A stretch of 48,360 nt of DNA, taken from contig DATHTV010000119.1 in the NCBI GenBank assembly GCA_035462845.1, positions 1 to 48,360 of the forward strand, read 5' to 3'. The notes beneath the pieces were generated by a model. The model did no database searches, was not told the DNA's origin, and saw only the letters and a list, made by a program, of their open reading frames with translations. Shown here one piece after another: positions 47,185 through 48,360 of this stretch (positions within the stretch are counted from its first letter, which is position 1; each line of letters opens with the position of its first letter). Both the position numbers and the translations under genes were made by a program. Source of the DNA: Jiangellales bacterium (GTDB taxonomy: Bacteria > Actinomycetota > Actinomycetes > Jiangellales > Jiangellaceae).

Positions 47185-48194
47185 TGCTCGGCGGCTGCCG
47201 CCGGGAGCGGCCCGTCGGTCGTGCCGATGGCCCCGTAGTGCCCGGAGCCCCCCTGGGCCTGCTCCTCCAGCGCGTACACCACGGCGATGCGCCCGCTGGG
47301 CAGGCTGGCGGTGTCGACGGTGGAGACGAGCTCGGCGGCGTCACCGTCGCCGCGGATGGCCGCCAGCACACCGGTCTCGCCCGCGGCCGACGGCGGGCCG
47401 GCGGCGACCGCACCCGACCCGGCCGCGTCGAAGCCGGTGGTCAGCGTGACCATCGCCCCGTTGCGCCGGCCCAGCTCGTCGTCGTCCTCGAACGGCGGGC
47501 CGGCGACGAGGACAGCGAGATCGGCCTCCGGGGCGGCCTCACCCTCCACGCTGATCAGCTCGGCCTCCGTGAACGCGGCGAGCACCGCGGTAGCGGCGTC
47601 GCCGCCGCTGTCCGACGGCGGCGGCTCGGTGCCGGGCTCGCCCGTGGGCTCCTCCACCGGTGCCTCCGCGGAGTCGGCCGCCACGGAGCCGGCGGCGGGC
47701 TCGAGCAGCGCCCCGGCGAGCACGGCAGCGCCACGGTCGTACCCATCCCCCTCCGGCAGGGTGGTGCCCGAGGAGACGAGCTCGCTGGCGAGGGTGTCGA
47801 GGACGGCGGCGGAGCCGGCGTCGGTCCAGGACTCGTCGATGGTGACCGTGGCGCCCACGGTGGCACCGGACTGGCCGAGCGTCTCGCCGACGGCGGCGAC
47901 CTGGTCCGTGTCCGCTCCCGGCAGCGCGACCAGGACCACCCGGCGGCCCGAGAGCCGGCCGTCGATCAGCTGGGGCGCGACCGCGCTCACCCAGGCGTCG
48001 CGGTAGTCGGCGGCCCCCTCCAGGGTGGCGACCTGGTCCCGGAGCTGCTGGTTCTCCTCCCGCAGGACCGACGTCTGGTCGGTCAGGGTCTGGTCCACGC
48101 CCTCCTTCAGCGGCCCGGCGCCCAGCGCGATGCCCGCCGCGAGCGCGAAGAAGATCGCGATGATCGAGACGAGGTGGTAGCGGAAGTCGATCAC
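47181..48194 (-). CDS. MctB/SteB-family ('copper transporter', DUF3186) membrane-anchored protein
   Basis: Product begins VIDFRYHLVSIIAIFFALAAGIALGAGPL..TSVLREENQQLRDQV, the characteristic N-terminus of this family. It also has an acidic Pro/Glu-rich insert. Confidence 0.75.
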   Translation of the reverse strand: MIDFRYHLVSIIAIFFALAAGIALGAGPLKEGVDQTLTDQTSVLREENQQLRDQVATLEGAADYRDAWVSAVAPQLIDGRLSGRRVVLVALPGADTDQVAAVGETLGQSGATVGATVTIDESWTDAGSAAVLDTLASELVSSGTTLPEGDGYDRGAAVLAGALLEPAAGSVAADSAEAPVEEPTGEPGTEPPPSDSGGDAATAVLAAFTEAELISVEGEAAPEADLAVLVAGPPFEDDDELGRRNGAMVTLTTGFDAAGSGAVAAGPPSAAGETGVLAAIRGDGDAAELVSTVDTASLPSGRIAVVYALEEQAQGGSGHYGAIGTTDGPLPAAAAEQ

Positions 48195-48195
48195 G

Positions 48196-48360
48196 TCAGA
48201 ACAGCCCTCGCAGCCAGAAGACGAAGCGGTCCCACCAGGACCCGAGGATGTCGAGGTAGGCCTGCCCCGTGGGCGTCGCGGCGATCGCGACGCTGACGGC
48301 CAGGAGTCCGGCCACGACGAACAGCACCACCGTCCAGGCGGGGATGCGGCTGCGGTAGAG
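48196..48360 (-). CDS. C-terminal 54 codons of a membrane protein (possibly SteA/Rv1697-like); the 5' part lies beyond the window
   Basis: Hand translation: ..LYRSRIPAWTVVLFVVAGLLAVSVAIAATPTGQAYLDILGSWWDRFVFWLRGLF*. The stop at 48196-48198 is 1 nt before the next gene's GTG. The identity is inferred only from the remembered gene order steA-steB/mctB. Confidence 0.35.
   Translation of the reverse strand, partial: LYRSRIPAWTVVLFVVAGLLAVSVAIAATPTGQAYLDILGSWWDRFVFWLRGLF

Overview
This is a very GC-rich actinobacterial chromosomal window (GC judged by eye, not computed). It is densely packed, with about 50 protein genes, one tRNA and one riboswitch. All calls come from hand reading of the ORF track and sequence and from motif recall. 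No searches were run.

Layout:
- 1-4129 (-): tungsten/molybdenum-pterin operon: mobA~moaD fusion, aldehyde:ferredoxin oxidoreductase, FdhA-like oxidoreductase.
- 4226-5441 (+): crcB-DUF190-crcB fluoride module.
- 5807-10050 (+): CE4 deacetylase, HAD phosphatase, tldD, pmbA.
- 10034-22374 (-): a block that, from memory, matches M. tuberculosis Rv1832-Rv1822. It holds the glycine riboswitch, gcvP, a coiled-coil protein, MerR, DUF151, an FtsR-like MerR, a GarA-like FHA protein, gcvH, DUF881/Sbp/DUF881, an 830-aa NDP-sugar pyrophosphorylase fusion and pgsA.
- 22655-30715: an accessory segment holding DUF4242, two divergent ~900-aa ATPase/LuxR regulators, a membrane protein, a GNAT, a small ORF and tRNA-Pro(GGG).
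- 30802-48360 (-): a block resembling Rv1713-Rv1697. It holds der, cmk, tyrA, aroH, rluB, scpB, scpA, an RHH-like ORF, a parA-like gene, xerD, ald, nudix and pyrG. Relative to that remembered order it also carries a GT4-murJ-WecA-like insert, followed by an MctB/SteB-like gene and a SteA-like fragment.

No CRISPR array, transposase, phage integrase or rRNA was seen. Most long ORFs in the track are GC-driven antisense or out-of-frame artefacts.

Best leads for something undescribed:
1. The twin-regulator accessory segment with a mirror-symmetric divergent promoter.
2. The translationally coupled aor/fdhA-like/mobA~moaD operon.
3. A minimal lipid-linked-glycan module embedded in the steA/steB cell-separation operon.
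4. A ParA-like/RHH pair coupled to scpAB.
5. A phosphomutase-like domain with degenerate catalytic motifs next to pgsA.
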